NCBI GenBank assembly: GCA_963749705.1
Contig: CAVVNQ010000006.1
Location: 32,001-96,000, forward strand
Length of the DNA: 64,000 nucleotides
DNA from: an uncultured Chloroflexia bacterium
GTDB taxonomy: Bacteria > Chloroflexota > Limnocylindria > Limnocylindrales > CSP1-4
Reading direction: 5' to 3'
The notes under the pieces were generated by a model that made no database searches, had not been told where the DNA came from, and saw only the letters and a program-made list of their open reading frames with translations. Numbering within the stretch: the stretch's first letter is position 1; every line of letters begins with the position of its first letter. Of the stretch, positions 9,439 through 18,682 are shown one piece after another. The position numbers and the translations under genes are program-made.

Positions 9439-10863
9439 TCATCGGGTCGTGGTCGCAGCGGTGCCCTCGCTGGCTGCCGGGCCTGGCCTGGCCGGCAGCT
9501 CGACCCGGAAGGCCGCGCCCCCCTCGGGACGGTTGGCAACGCCGATCCGGCCCTGGTGCCGGACAACGATCCAGTGGGCGATCGCGAGGCCGAGGCCCGT
9601 CCCGCCCGACGGCGCGCCGGGTGCCCGCCAGAACCTGTCGAACACGTGGGGCATGTCCTCGGGGCGGACGCCCGGCCCCTGGTCGGCCACCTCGACCGAC
9701 ACGATCGGGCCGGCGGCGCGCACCGTCACCCCCACCTCGCCACCGCGCGGGCTGTGGCGGACCGCGTTGTCGACCAGGATCATGACCAGCTGGCGGAGGC
9801 GCTCCGGATCGCCATCGACCATCGCCGGCTCCGGGTCCACGGTCACCTTGACGCCGCGAGCGTCGGCAGCGCGGCCGAGCGTCGACGCGGCATCGAACGC
9901 GATGTCGCCGAGGTCGAGCGGCTCCGACGCGAGCGCGACCGCGCCCGAATCCGACCGGGCGAGCAGCAGCAGGTCGTCGACGAGCGAGGCCATCCGGCTC
10001 ACCTCGGCATCGATGTCGTCGAGGGCCTCGCTGGACTCGCCGATCGGGCGATCCCGGTGCCGTGAGAGATGCTCCACCGACGAGCGGATCACGGTCAGCG
10101 GGGTCCGCAGCTCGTGGCTTGCGTCGGCCGCGAACTCGCGCTGGCGGCGCAGCGCGTCGCGCTGCGCGACCAGCGAGTCACGGATCGGGACCAGCGCGCG
10201 CCGCGCGTACACCGTCCCGAAGCCGAACGCGACCACCACCACCAGCACGCCGCCCACGAGCAGCACCGTGAGCAGCGCATTGAGGGTCTGCACCTCGGTG
10301 GTCCGGTCCTGGAGCACCTGGAGGAAGTAGGTGTTGCCGTCCTGCTGGGCGACGACCTTCCAGGTGAGGATCCGGATCGGCACCGTGGTCGACTCCCCGA
10401 CCGCCGTGCCGAGGGACAGGTTTGCGGTGCGCACGTCGCGGCCGTCGGCCGCGGTACGTGCGGCCGCCATGCCATCGTCCTCGGGCAGGCCGGTGGGCAC
10501 GACCACAGGCCCGCGGCCGACCTGGACGGGCGTGCCCGAATCGTCGAACGCGAACAGCAGGGTGTTGCCGCCACCGAACACGAACCCGAGCGTCGGCCGG
10601 TCCTGGTCGCCCGCGGACGGACCCTCGAGCGCGTCGACGAGCGGGCGTGCTCGATCCGAGAGCTGCTGGACCGAGGCGCCCGCCAGCGTGTTGGCAACGG
10701 CGGCGTAGAGCACGGCACCCAGCACGACGAGCACGACCAGCGTCGAGGCCCCGCTCCACGCCACGAGGCGCCAGCGGACGCGCCGGATGAGCCGCGCCTC
10801 CCCCGCCAGGGCGGCCTGCTCGGCACCGTCCTCGACGGGATCGATGCGGGTGCCGTCAGCCAC
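9439..10863 (-). CDS. Membrane sensor histidine kinase (MprB-like)
   Basis: Two TM helices, FAADASHELRTPL H-box, LVDNAVRH, DQGPG, GTGLGLAI. Confidence 0.95.
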   Translation of the reverse strand: MADGTRIDPVEDGAEQAALAGEARLIRRVRWRLVAWSGASTLVVLVVLGAVLYAAVANTLAGASVQQLSDRARPLVDALEGPSAGDQDRPTLGFVFGGGNTLLFAFDDSGTPVQVGRGPVVVPTGLPEDDGMAAARTAADGRDVRTANLSLGTAVGESTTVPIRILTWKVVAQQDGNTYFLQVLQDRTTEVQTLNALLTVLLVGGVLVVVVAFGFGTVYARRALVPIRDSLVAQRDALRRQREFAADASHELRTPLTVIRSSVEHLSRHRDRPIGESSEALDDIDAEVSRMASLVDDLLLLARSDSGAVALASEPLDLGDIAFDAASTLGRAADARGVKVTVDPEPAMVDGDPERLRQLVMILVDNAVRHSPRGGEVGVTVRAAGPIVSVEVADQGPGVRPEDMPHVFDRFWRAPGAPSGGTGLGLAIAHWIVVRHQGRIGVANRPEGGAAFRVELPARPGPAASEGTAATTTR

Positions 10864-11533
10864 TGGACAGGCGATAGCCGATGCCGCGGACGGTCTCGAT
10901 CTGCGAGCCCGCGTCGCCCAGCTTCGTCCGGAGGTAATGCACGTACGCGTCGACCGCGTTGGGGGTCACGGCCACGCTGAACGGCCAGGCGTGATCGAGC
11001 AGCTGGTCGCGCGTGAGCGTCTGGCCCGGGTGACGGAGGAGCGCCTCGAGCAGCGAGAACTCGCGCGGGCTGAGGTCGACGTTGCGGCCGTCGACGGTCA
11101 CCCGGCGCGCGGTCTCGTCGAGGGCGATGGCACCGCTCTCGAGGCGTGGTGCGGGGCGACGGGGACCGGGCTCGGCACGCCGGGCCAGGGCCCGCAATCG
11201 CGCGGCGACCTCCTGGTACGCGAACGGCTTGACCACGTAGTCGTCCGCGCCGGCGTCGAGGCCTGTCACCCGATCGTTGACCGTGTCACGCGCGGTGAGC
11301 ATCAGGATGTTGACGTCCATCTTGTCCCGCCGCAGCCGGCGTGCGACGTCGAGACCCGACATGTCGGGCAGGCCGATATCGAGGATCACGACGTCGAGCC
11401 CCTCGATGGCCGTCGCCAGCTCGAGCCCCGTCCGCCCGTCAGGAGCGTGCTCGACGACGTGCCGATCCTCCTCGAGCAGGCGGGTCAGGGAGCGAGCGAG
11501 GCGTTCGTCGTCCTCGACCAGAAGCAGGTGCAT
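10856..11533 (-). CDS. OmpR-family response regulator (MprA-like)
   Basis: LLVEDD, ILDIGLP, LMLTARD, GADDYVVKPF, ETVRGIGY. Confidence 0.96.
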   Translation of the reverse strand: MHLLLVEDDERLARSLTRLLEEDRHVVEHAPDGRTGLELATAIEGLDVVILDIGLPDMSGLDVARRLRRDKMDVNILMLTARDTVNDRVTGLDAGADDYVVKPFAYQEVAARLRALARRAEPGPRRPAPRLESGAIALDETARRVTVDGRNVDLSPREFSLLEALLRHPGQTLTRDQLLDHAWPFSVAVTPNAVDAYVHYLRTKLGDAGSQIETVRGIGYRLSSG

Positions 11534-11559
11534 GACGTTCCCCAGCGTCGATCGCGTTC

Positions 11560-11576
11560 CTGAGAGCGCGCTGAGA
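11560..11576 (-). promoter_or_regulatory. MprA-like box TCTCAG-N5-TCTCAG upstream of the response regulator
   Basis: ctgagagcgcgctgaga on the + strand. Confidence 0.7.
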
Positions 11577-11682
11577 GGCATTCTGCCGGAAATGGCGGCC
11601 GCCGCTCCCGGGGTGTTCGGGAGCGGCGGTCTGATCCGGGTGGCGTCTCACCCGGATGTCGACACTCGGGCGCCCAGCGCGA

Positions 11683-12714
11683 TCAGGCGCCCTGCCCGGC
11701 GGTGGCGATGGCGATGAGATCCGAGGCATCGTTGATGGGGATCGCGAAGCCGAGGCCCTGGGCGCTCGACGCGATCGCGGTGTTGATCCCGATCACGGCG
11801 CCGGTGCCGTCGAGCAGCGGTCCCCCGCTGTTGCCGGGGTTGATCGCAGCGTCGGTCTGGATCAGGCCACTCAGGGTCGTCGACTGGCGGGTGGCCTCGT
11901 CGGCGACCGTGATCTGGCGGCCCAGGCCGGACACGATCCCGCGGGTCACGGTCTCGGTATAGGTGCCCAGCGGGCTGCCGATGGCGAGCGCCGTCTGGCC
12001 GACCTGGATGCCACCGGAGTCGCCGACCTTCGCCGCAGTCAGGCCAGTCGCATCGATCTTGATCAGGGCCAGGTCGTTGTCGGACGCCTGCTTGACGATC
12101 GTGGCCGGGAAGGTCCGGCCGTCGGACAGCTCGACGCTCAGGCTGGTGCTGTTCGCGACCACGTGGCGGTTGGTCAGGATGTATCCGTTGGCGGTGAGGA
12201 TGATCCCGGACCCGATGCCGCTGGTGGGCTGGCCGAAGGGCGAGAACCGGCTGGTCGAGAGGCCGTCGGCCGTGATGGTCACCACCGATCGCTGCGCCGC
12301 GGCCACGATCGAGGTGAGGTCGGTGCTCTGGATGGTGGTCGTGCTGGTGGTGGTGGCGGTGCCGATGGTGGCGGCGGGCGCGCTCGCGACCTGAGGGATG
12401 AGCTGCTGCACGACCAGCGCCGTGCCGCCCGAGGCCAGCGTCGCGCTGAGCAGCGCCGCGGCGAGGATCGGGCCGAACCGCCGACCCGCTCCGCGGCGTC
12501 CGTGATCCGTCCGCGCCGGCGGTGCCGCGGAGCTCGAGAACTCAGCCGGCTGGCCCGTCGACGCGAACGGCTGCGCCGTTGGCGATGCGGGCCCCGCCGG
12601 GTACCCCGGCGACCCATCGGGGGCGATGCCTGCGGCGCGGGACGGCGGCGCAGGTGGAGCCGAGGGAATGAACGGGTCCGGCTCGGGGTCGGCGGGGGTG
12701 AACGGTGGGATCAT
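11683..12714 (-). CDS. htrA: HtrA/PepD-like membrane-anchored serine protease lacking a PDZ domain
   Basis: Pro-rich N-terminus, TM helix, TNRHVV, NDLA, QTDAAINPGNSGGPL; ends right after the protease domain. Confidence 0.92.
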   Translation of the reverse strand: MIPPFTPADPEPDPFIPSAPPAPPSRAAGIAPDGSPGYPAGPASPTAQPFASTGQPAEFSSSAAPPARTDHGRRGAGRRFGPILAAALLSATLASGGTALVVQQLIPQVASAPAATIGTATTTSTTTIQSTDLTSIVAAAQRSVVTITADGLSTSRFSPFGQPTSGIGSGIILTANGYILTNRHVVANSTSLSVELSDGRTFPATIVKQASDNDLALIKIDATGLTAAKVGDSGGIQVGQTALAIGSPLGTYTETVTRGIVSGLGRQITVADEATRQSTTLSGLIQTDAAINPGNSGGPLLDGTGAVIGINTAIASSAQGLGFAIPINDASDLIAIATAGQGA

Positions 12715-12771
12715 CGGATGTGGCTCCTGGCGAGGAGGTCGTTGCCTTGATGTCCAGTCAACGCCCGGTGC

Positions 12772-12788
12772 CTGAGAGTGACGTGAGA
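12772..12788 (-). promoter_or_regulatory. MprA-like box (one mismatch) upstream of htrA
   Basis: ctgagagtgacgtgaga. Confidence 0.6.
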
Positions 12789-12931
12789 GGCGGGCCACCA
12801 GCGCGCTCAAACACTGATCAGGCGCCGTTGTGGTCAGGCACGGCCGACGCCGTCCACATGATTCCGCGGCCCTCTGGGTGGGGAGGAGGCCACCCGGAGT
12901 GCCGCGGTTGCCCATATTCAAGCGCTCAACC

Positions 12932-12948
12932 CTGAGAGGTCGCTGAGA
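12932..12948 (-). promoter_or_regulatory. MprA-like box upstream of htrA
   Basis: ctgagaggtcgctgaga. Confidence 0.65.
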
Positions 12949-12952
12949 GCCG

Positions 12953-13723
12953 TCAGCCCCGGGTGAGCTGTAGCTGGAGCTCCATCGTGCCGTGGTCCTC
13001 GACCGACAGCACGGGCCCGGCCCGGGGTCGCTGGATCCCGAAATCGGAGAACAGGATCGGGAGCGAACCCGCAACCGTGATCACCCCATCCTGGACGCGC
13101 GCCTGGAGCGGGATGCCCACCGACCGGGTCTGTCCGTGGAGCGTGAGGTCGCCGGTCGCTGTGACCTCGACGATCTGCCCCTCGGCGGGCATGACGCCCA
13201 GCTCGATCGGTGAGGTCAGGATGAACGTGGCATTTGGGAACCGCGAGGTCTCGATCGCCTGACGTGCCAGCTGGCGATCACGGTTCGACTCGTCACTTCG
13301 CAACGTGGTCAGGTCGGCGGTGACCTCGGCCGCCGTGATCGTCGTGCCGTCGATCGTGATCGATCCCGTCACATCGGGCGTCCGACCCACGGCCTCGGCG
13401 GCCCCGATCGTCGCCAGCACCTCTCGCACCCGGTAACCCACGAACGACCCCGACCCGTCGGCCAACGAGCCGATCGAGGCGTCGACCCGCCACGTCCCGC
13501 CGATCCCGGCGGGTGTCGCCCCCGGCGTCGCCGCGCCGTCGGCACTCCCCGGCGAGCCCACGGCAGGCGAGCCGGTTGCGGGCAGGCTGGCGAGGGACAC
13601 CGGCGGCGGTCCGGCAGGTCGGAAGAACAGGTACCAGACGCCCGCGCCTGCGCCGATGGCCAGCACGAGGGCGAGGATCGCGACGATCCCGGCCCAGCGT
13701 CTCCGGAGCCAGGGTTGCGTCAT
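12953..13723 (-). CDS. Membrane-anchored YceI-family lipid/polyisoprenoid-binding protein
   Basis: TM helix, SFVGYRVRE, RD..L, FPNATF, TGDLTLHGQTR. Confidence 0.9.
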   Translation of the reverse strand: MTQPWLRRRWAGIVAILALVLAIGAGAGVWYLFFRPAGPPPVSLASLPATGSPAVGSPGSADGAATPGATPAGIGGTWRVDASIGSLADGSGSFVGYRVREVLATIGAAEAVGRTPDVTGSITIDGTTITAAEVTADLTTLRSDESNRDRQLARQAIETSRFPNATFILTSPIELGVMPAEGQIVEVTATGDLTLHGQTRSVGIPLQARVQDGVITVAGSLPILFSDFGIQRPRAGPVLSVEDHGTMELQLQLTRG

Positions 13724-13822
13724 CTGCAATTCCTCCTGCGAGGTGCTGGCTCCGCGGCGAGGCAGGAAGCACCTTGGTGCGCCGGGCAAGCGACGGATGT
13801 CCGACCGGCCGGTGGGCGTCGT

Positions 13823-14278
13823 TCAGCCGCCCGCCTTGTAGGGGTACGTCACCCACTCGTCGACGGTTGCCGCGTAGTGGTCCGGGCGGCCACCGACCCG
13901 CGACCGGCCGGGCTTGTAATGGATGACCGCCGAGGTCGCCACGCCGCCGGCGGCACGGACCCGGGACACCACCTCGGTCATCGTCTCGCCCGTCTCCCAC
14001 ACCTCGTCGACCACGAGGACCCGCTGGCCGGACAGCAGCTGCGACTCCGGAAAGTGCCCGATCCTCGGCGCCTCGTGGGTGCGACCGTCGGCGAGGTAGA
14101 ACTCGGCGCCGGCAACGAGGATCTCGCGCAGGCCCAGGCGATACGCGAGCATCCCCGCCGGCACGAGCCCGCCCCGGGTGATCGCGAGCACCAGGTCGTA
14201 GTCACCTCCCACACCCTCGGCAAGGCGCCCGACGAGCGCGTCGAGCGCCTCCCAGCTGACCACGAGCGTCTGCGGCAT
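13823..14278 (-). CDS. Type I phosphoribosyltransferase (xanthine/guanine PRT-like)
   Basis: AITRGGLVPA, VLVVDEVWETGET PRPP loop, WVTYPY. Confidence 0.9.
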   Translation of the reverse strand: MPQTLVVSWEALDALVGRLAEGVGGDYDLVLAITRGGLVPAGMLAYRLGLREILVAGAEFYLADGRTHEAPRIGHFPESQLLSGQRVLVVDEVWETGETMTEVVSRVRAAGGVATSAVIHYKPGRSRVGGRPDHYAATVDEWVTYPYKAGG

Positions 14279-14331
14279 GACCAGATCATCGCCTACCCGC
14301 CGTCGCCGCGTCGTCCGGGATGACCGGCGAC

Positions 14332-14394
14332 CGCGCGGCCTCAGCCGGTCGCGGTGTCCAGCGCGCGGCCTCAGCCGGTCGCGGTGTCCAGCGC
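14332..14394. repeat. 30-bp tandem duplication that includes the modB stop codon
   Basis: cgcgcggcctcagccggtcgcggtgtccag twice. Confidence 0.9.
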
Positions 14395-15213
14395 TCGTCC
14401 CCAGTGGAGCGCCCGGACCGCGAGCAGGACGCCGGCCGCGGCGAGCACCAGCACCGCGGCCGCGGCGATCGAGGCATCCAGGTCGCCGCCCTGGAACTCG
14501 CCATACACGAGCAGCGGCAGGGTCTGGGTCCGCCCCTCGACGTTGCCCGCGAACATGATCGTGGCGCCGAACTCGCCCAGCGCCCTGGCCCAGGCCATGA
14601 CCAGCCCCGCGGCGAGCGCGGGCGCGGCGAGCGGGACCGAGATCCAGCGGATGATGTCCGCCTCGGTCGCCCCGTCCACGCGCGCGGCATCCTCGACATC
14701 GCGGTCGACAGCCGCCAGCCCCGCGCGAGCGGACCGGATGAAGAACGGCGAGGCGACGAACACCTGGGCGATCACCACCGCCAGCGTGGTGAACGGGATG
14801 CTCAGGCCGAGCAGGTCCAGCGGTGCACCCAGGAGGCCCCGCCGGCCGAGCACGAGCAGCAGCGCAAGCCCCGCGACCGCCGGCGGCAGGACGATCGGCA
14901 GGTCGACCACGGTCTCCAGCAGCGCGGACCCCCGGAACCGGCGCCTGGCGAGGACGAACGCCAGGGGCATCCCGATCGCGATCGTGACTGCCAGGCTGCA
15001 TGCCGTGGTCCCCAGGCTCAGCACGAGCGCGTCGACGACGGCGGCGGAGCCGAGCATCGCCGCGAACGACCCGCCCGCGATCGCCCGCCCGACGAGCACG
15101 ACCACGGGCAGCGCGAGCAGCAGCCCGAGGACCCAGGCCACGGCGAGGGAGGCGCGACCGGCGCGCCGCGAGCCGCGCGCGGGCGATCCCCCGAGCGCCG
15201 GGATGGCGGTCAC
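14371..15213 (-). CDS. modB: Molybdate ABC transporter permease
   Basis: DLPIVLPPAVAG, EDAARVDGA, ARALGEFGATIMFAGN. Confidence 0.93.
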   Translation of the reverse strand: MTAIPALGGSPARGSRRAGRASLAVAWVLGLLLALPVVVLVGRAIAGGSFAAMLGSAAVVDALVLSLGTTACSLAVTIAIGMPLAFVLARRRFRGSALLETVVDLPIVLPPAVAGLALLLVLGRRGLLGAPLDLLGLSIPFTTLAVVIAQVFVASPFFIRSARAGLAAVDRDVEDAARVDGATEADIIRWISVPLAAPALAAGLVMAWARALGEFGATIMFAGNVEGRTQTLPLLVYGEFQGGDLDASIAAAAVLVLAAAGVLLAVRALHWGRALDTATG

Positions 15214-16073
15214 GGTGCCAGGAACCCGAACGGACGCAGGACCGCCTGCCCGGCCTCCCCGGCGACCCAGTCGAGGAAGTCGGCTGCCGCATCGACGCGA
15301 CCACCTCGGATCACGACCCCCGCGTACCGGGCACGCACCTGGGCCCCCGCCGGGATCGCGATCGAGCCGACCTTCGTGCTGCTGGCGGCATCCGTGGCAT
15401 AGACGAACCCGGCATCGCCTTCACCCAGCTCGACCTTCGCCAGGACGGCTGCCACGTTGTCCTCGCGACTCACCGTGTTCGCCTCGAGCGCCGCGACATA
15501 GCCCGGCGGGTACCCGGTGATCGAGCCGAGGTTGGCGATCACGCGGTCGGCATAGGTCGTGATCGGGACCCGGGCGCCCGCGGCGACCAGGCGGATGCCG
15601 GGGCGGGCGAGGTCGGCGGGCGTGGCGATCTCGGCGGGGTTGCCGGCCGGCACGACGAGCGCGACCGAGTTGCTCGCGAACGGGATCGGATCCCCGGCCG
15701 TGAGGCTCTCGTCGGCGAGGGCCTGCGGGTTCGCCTCGTCGGCGGACAGGAACACGTCGAACGGAGCGCCCTGCTCGACCTGGGTGCGCAGCGCTGCCGA
15801 CGATCCGGTGGCAACGGTGACCGTGGTCCCGGGATGCGCGGCGCTGTACGCGTCGCCGAGGGCGACGATCGCGGTCCGGAGCGAGGCAGCCGCTGCGACC
15901 CGAAGCTCGATCGAGGCGCCCGGCGACTGGGCGTCGCCCGATGCCGACGCCGGCGCGCATCCCGCCGGCACCCCGGCGGCGAGGAGCGCAAGGATGACGA
16001 TCCGGCTCGCGATCGCGCCCCGGCCGGCCGCGGTCACCCGGGCGGCCGCGGTCGCCTTGACGGCCGCGGTCAC
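15210..16073 (-). CDS. modA: Molybdate ABC transporter substrate-binding lipoprotein
   Basis: Lipobox PAGC, VAAAASL, GSSAALRTQVEQGAPFDVFLSA, DAGFVYATD. Confidence 0.93.
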   Translation of the reverse strand: MTAAVKATAAARVTAAGRGAIASRIVILALLAAGVPAGCAPASASGDAQSPGASIELRVAAAASLRTAIVALGDAYSAAHPGTTVTVATGSSAALRTQVEQGAPFDVFLSADEANPQALADESLTAGDPIPFASNSVALVVPAGNPAEIATPADLARPGIRLVAAGARVPITTYADRVIANLGSITGYPPGYVAALEANTVSREDNVAAVLAKVELGEGDAGFVYATDAASSTKVGSIAIPAGAQVRARYAGVVIRGGRVDAAADFLDWVAGEAGQAVLRPFGFLAP

Positions 16074-16501
16074 CCTCGGGTCTCGCGCCTCGACGCGACC
16101 TCCACCACGACATTGGTCGCCTTGACGACGCACACGGCATGGTCGCCGACCCGCAGCCCGAGCTCGTCGACCGCCTCCGCCGTCATCAGGCTGACCACCC
16201 GGTGCGGACCCGCCAGCACCTCGACCACGGCCGCCACCCGGTCCTTCTCCACCCGGGTGACGATGCCCTCGAACCGGTTGCGTGCCGATTGCGCGACGAC
16301 GGGCCGGTCCGCCGTCTCATTGCGTCGCTCGGCGAGCAGTCTCGTCACCTCGGCGACCGGTACCAGCCGCTGGCCGCCCGGTGATCGATCAACCTCCAGC
16401 CGGCCCTCCGCCTCCCAGCGCCGCAGCGTCTCGACGGTGACGCCGAGCATCTCCGCGGCGTGGCCGACCCGGAGCAGATGTGAGGACGACGATCCGGTCA
16501 T
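16070..16501 (-). CDS. MerR-type HTH plus TOBE molybdate-responsive regulator
   Basis: AAEMLGVTVETLRRWE, SARNRF, VVKATNV; leaderless TAGTAT -10 at 16508-16513. Confidence 0.92.
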   Translation of the reverse strand: MTGSSSSHLLRVGHAAEMLGVTVETLRRWEAEGRLEVDRSPGGQRLVPVAEVTRLLAERRNETADRPVVAQSARNRFEGIVTRVEKDRVAAVVEVLAGPHRVVSLMTAEAVDELGLRVGDHAVCVVKATNVVVEVASRRETRG

Positions 16502-16557
16502 CCCCAGATACTAGATCCAGAATCGCCGATTGAACAGCGGTATGACAGCCCTGGTAC

Positions 16558-17283
16558 CTAGGTCCCGTCGCCGGACTGCGTCGCGCCAGGGGCGGGCAGC
16601 GTCGGCGTCGCTCCGGCCCGGTCCATGTCATGGCACAGGACGCAGGTGTCGTCGGCGCGCAGCGCGTGGTCGATCGGGAGGGCCCCGACGTTCGACGCCT
16701 GGTGACACGACCGGCAGGTCAGGTTCGGGTTGTTGGGGTGCGGCTCCTGGGGTGGCTTCTCGGCGGCCGGCTTGTGACACAGCCAGCAGTCATCCTGGTT
16801 GCGCCCGACCATGCTCGACGGCAGGTGCGCCACGCTCCCGTGGCAGTCCAGGCATGGCCGGTCGAGCTCCGAGTGCGCCTGCGTGATCGCCGGCCCCGGC
16901 TGCGCCACCGTGTGGCAGTTGAGGCACTCCGACTGGGCGATGCCTTCGTGACCCGGCGCCTTGCGACCCAGGTCCTCGTTGGTGTGGCACACCAGGCAGG
17001 CCTGCCAGCCGTCCAGCGGATGACCCAGGGCCGGGATCGGCTTGAGACCGCCTTCACCGCCCTTGTCGTGACACAGGAGGCAGTCGCTCGAGGTCGGGAT
17101 GTGGGCGAGCCCCATCTGCATCAGGTCGGCGGACGGCGCCGCGGACGCGCTCGGGCTCGGCTGGGCGTCGAAGTCAGGCAGGATCTGGAGCCATCCGGCA
17201 ACCATGATGCTCGCGAGCGCGGCCACGACGAGAAAGTTCGCCACGATCAGGGCACGCAGCCCCCGGTCGAGCCCGGTCCTCAT
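16558..17283 (-). CDS. Membrane-anchored 7-heme c-type cytochrome
   Basis: N-terminal TM helix; seven CxxCH (CLLCH, CLVCH, CLNCH, CLDCH, CWLCH, CRSCH, CVLCH); ATGA overlap with the protease gene. Confidence 0.92.
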   Translation of the reverse strand: MRTGLDRGLRALIVANFLVVAALASIMVAGWLQILPDFDAQPSPSASAAPSADLMQMGLAHIPTSSDCLLCHDKGGEGGLKPIPALGHPLDGWQACLVCHTNEDLGRKAPGHEGIAQSECLNCHTVAQPGPAITQAHSELDRPCLDCHGSVAHLPSSMVGRNQDDCWLCHKPAAEKPPQEPHPNNPNLTCRSCHQASNVGALPIDHALRADDTCVLCHDMDRAGATPTLPAPGATQSGDGT

Positions 17284-17849
17284 GACGCCGCTCCTGCCAG
17301 CTCCGCCGGCCGTGATGACAACCTCGATGCGAGGGCCACGGCGTGGGCCGTTCGACGGACGGCTTCGACCGCCGCCGGCAGCGCCGCGACGACCCCGCGC
17401 GACAGGCCGGGCCCGACATCGATCGCGCCCGCCTGGACACCCACCAGGACGACCTCCGGCGGCAGGATCGCGAGCAGCTTCGCGGTCGCGAGGAGCTCGC
17501 CGACCCCGCCCTGGCGGGACAGGGCCCGGAACCCGCCTGCGGCGGTCAGCCGCTCGCCGCGCACCACGGTGACGGTTCCCGGTGCATGGCCGAGGTCGAC
17601 GGCGTCGACCAGCACCAGCGCCCCTGCGTGCTCCACGTCGGGCAGCAGGTCGAGCCCGAGCGTGCCGCCGTCGAGCAGTCGGGTGCCGGGGGGCAGCGCG
17701 CCGGGATCGTGCTCGGCCGACCGGCCCAGCGCCTCGACCACGCGCACCCCGACACCATCGTCGCCCAGCAGCACGTTGCCCACGCCGATGACCACCACCG
17801 GGCGGTCGTCGATGCGGTCCGGCGTGCCCGGGCCGTCGTCGCGGGTCAT
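17280..17849 (-). CDS. hyaD: Hydrogenase maturation endopeptidase (HyaD/HybD family)
   Basis: VIGVGNVLLGDDGVG, DGGTLG, VDAV. Confidence 0.93.
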   Translation of the reverse strand: MTRDDGPGTPDRIDDRPVVVIGVGNVLLGDDGVGVRVVEALGRSAEHDPGALPPGTRLLDGGTLGLDLLPDVEHAGALVLVDAVDLGHAPGTVTVVRGERLTAAGGFRALSRQGGVGELLATAKLLAILPPEVVLVGVQAGAIDVGPGLSRGVVAALPAAVEAVRRTAHAVALASRLSSRPAELAGAAS

Positions 17850-18682
17850 TCCACGCGCTCCAGGAGCTCTTCGCCGCCGTCACGCGACTCGACGACCTCT
17901 TCCCGGGTCGGGAACTTGTAGCCGCTGAAGATGCTCGACATCAGGCCGTTCTTCTCGATGTGATCGACCAGCACGCAGCTGTACACGTGGAACAGGGCGA
18001 TGGCGAGGATCGCCCACATCGCGAGGTGGTGGACCAGGCGCAGCAGCTGCGGACCCATCAGCTCGCGCAGCCAGCCGAACAGCGTCGCGCCGGGCTCCGA
18101 GCCCATCAGGCCATCGAGGGCAAACCCGGTCACGGTCTCGACCAGGAGGAGCGCGAACAACGCGACGTACGCGGTGGCAGCCAGCTGGTTGTGGCCGAGG
18201 ACCTTGGGGATCTCCTTGCGGATGAAGCCGTAGAACCCGGCCTGTCGGAACAGCTCCATCGCCTGGTAGCGCGAGGTCGGGATGAACGCCGACCAGCGCG
18301 CGAACCGGTTGCCCGCCAGCAGCCACCAGGTTCGGAGCAGGCCCGAGACGAGGAACGTGAACGCGGCAAGGATGTGGATCAAGCGGATCGTGGTCATCAC
18401 GCCCCCGCCCGGCGCGATCAGGAACGGATCTGCGATGTAGCCACCGGTCAGGCTGAGCACCACGATGCAGCCGGCGGTCAGCCAGTGCGTGAGCCGTACC
18501 GGCACCTGCCACACGTACAGCCGGACGCGCTCGTCCGGCCGGTCGATCGCATGGGCGAGGTCCCCGGCGGCCGACGGCGCCTCCGACTGGGCGGGCCGAG
18601 GCGCGGGAGACGGGACCGGCAGGACGGGCGGCGTCGGCCGAACCTCGACGCGACCCGGCAACGGCTTCTGGATGGTCGTCAT
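17846..18682 (-). CDS. hyaC: Ni/Fe-hydrogenase b-type cytochrome subunit
   Basis: YVWQVPVRLTHW, RLIH, GHNQLA, RLVHHL, FHVY, SSIFSGYK. Confidence 0.95.
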   Translation of the reverse strand: MTTIQKPLPGRVEVRPTPPVLPVPSPAPRPAQSEAPSAAGDLAHAIDRPDERVRLYVWQVPVRLTHWLTAGCIVVLSLTGGYIADPFLIAPGGGVMTTIRLIHILAAFTFLVSGLLRTWWLLAGNRFARWSAFIPTSRYQAMELFRQAGFYGFIRKEIPKVLGHNQLAATAYVALFALLLVETVTGFALDGLMGSEPGATLFGWLRELMGPQLLRLVHHLAMWAILAIALFHVYSCVLVDHIEKNGLMSSIFSGYKFPTREEVVESRDGGEELLERVE

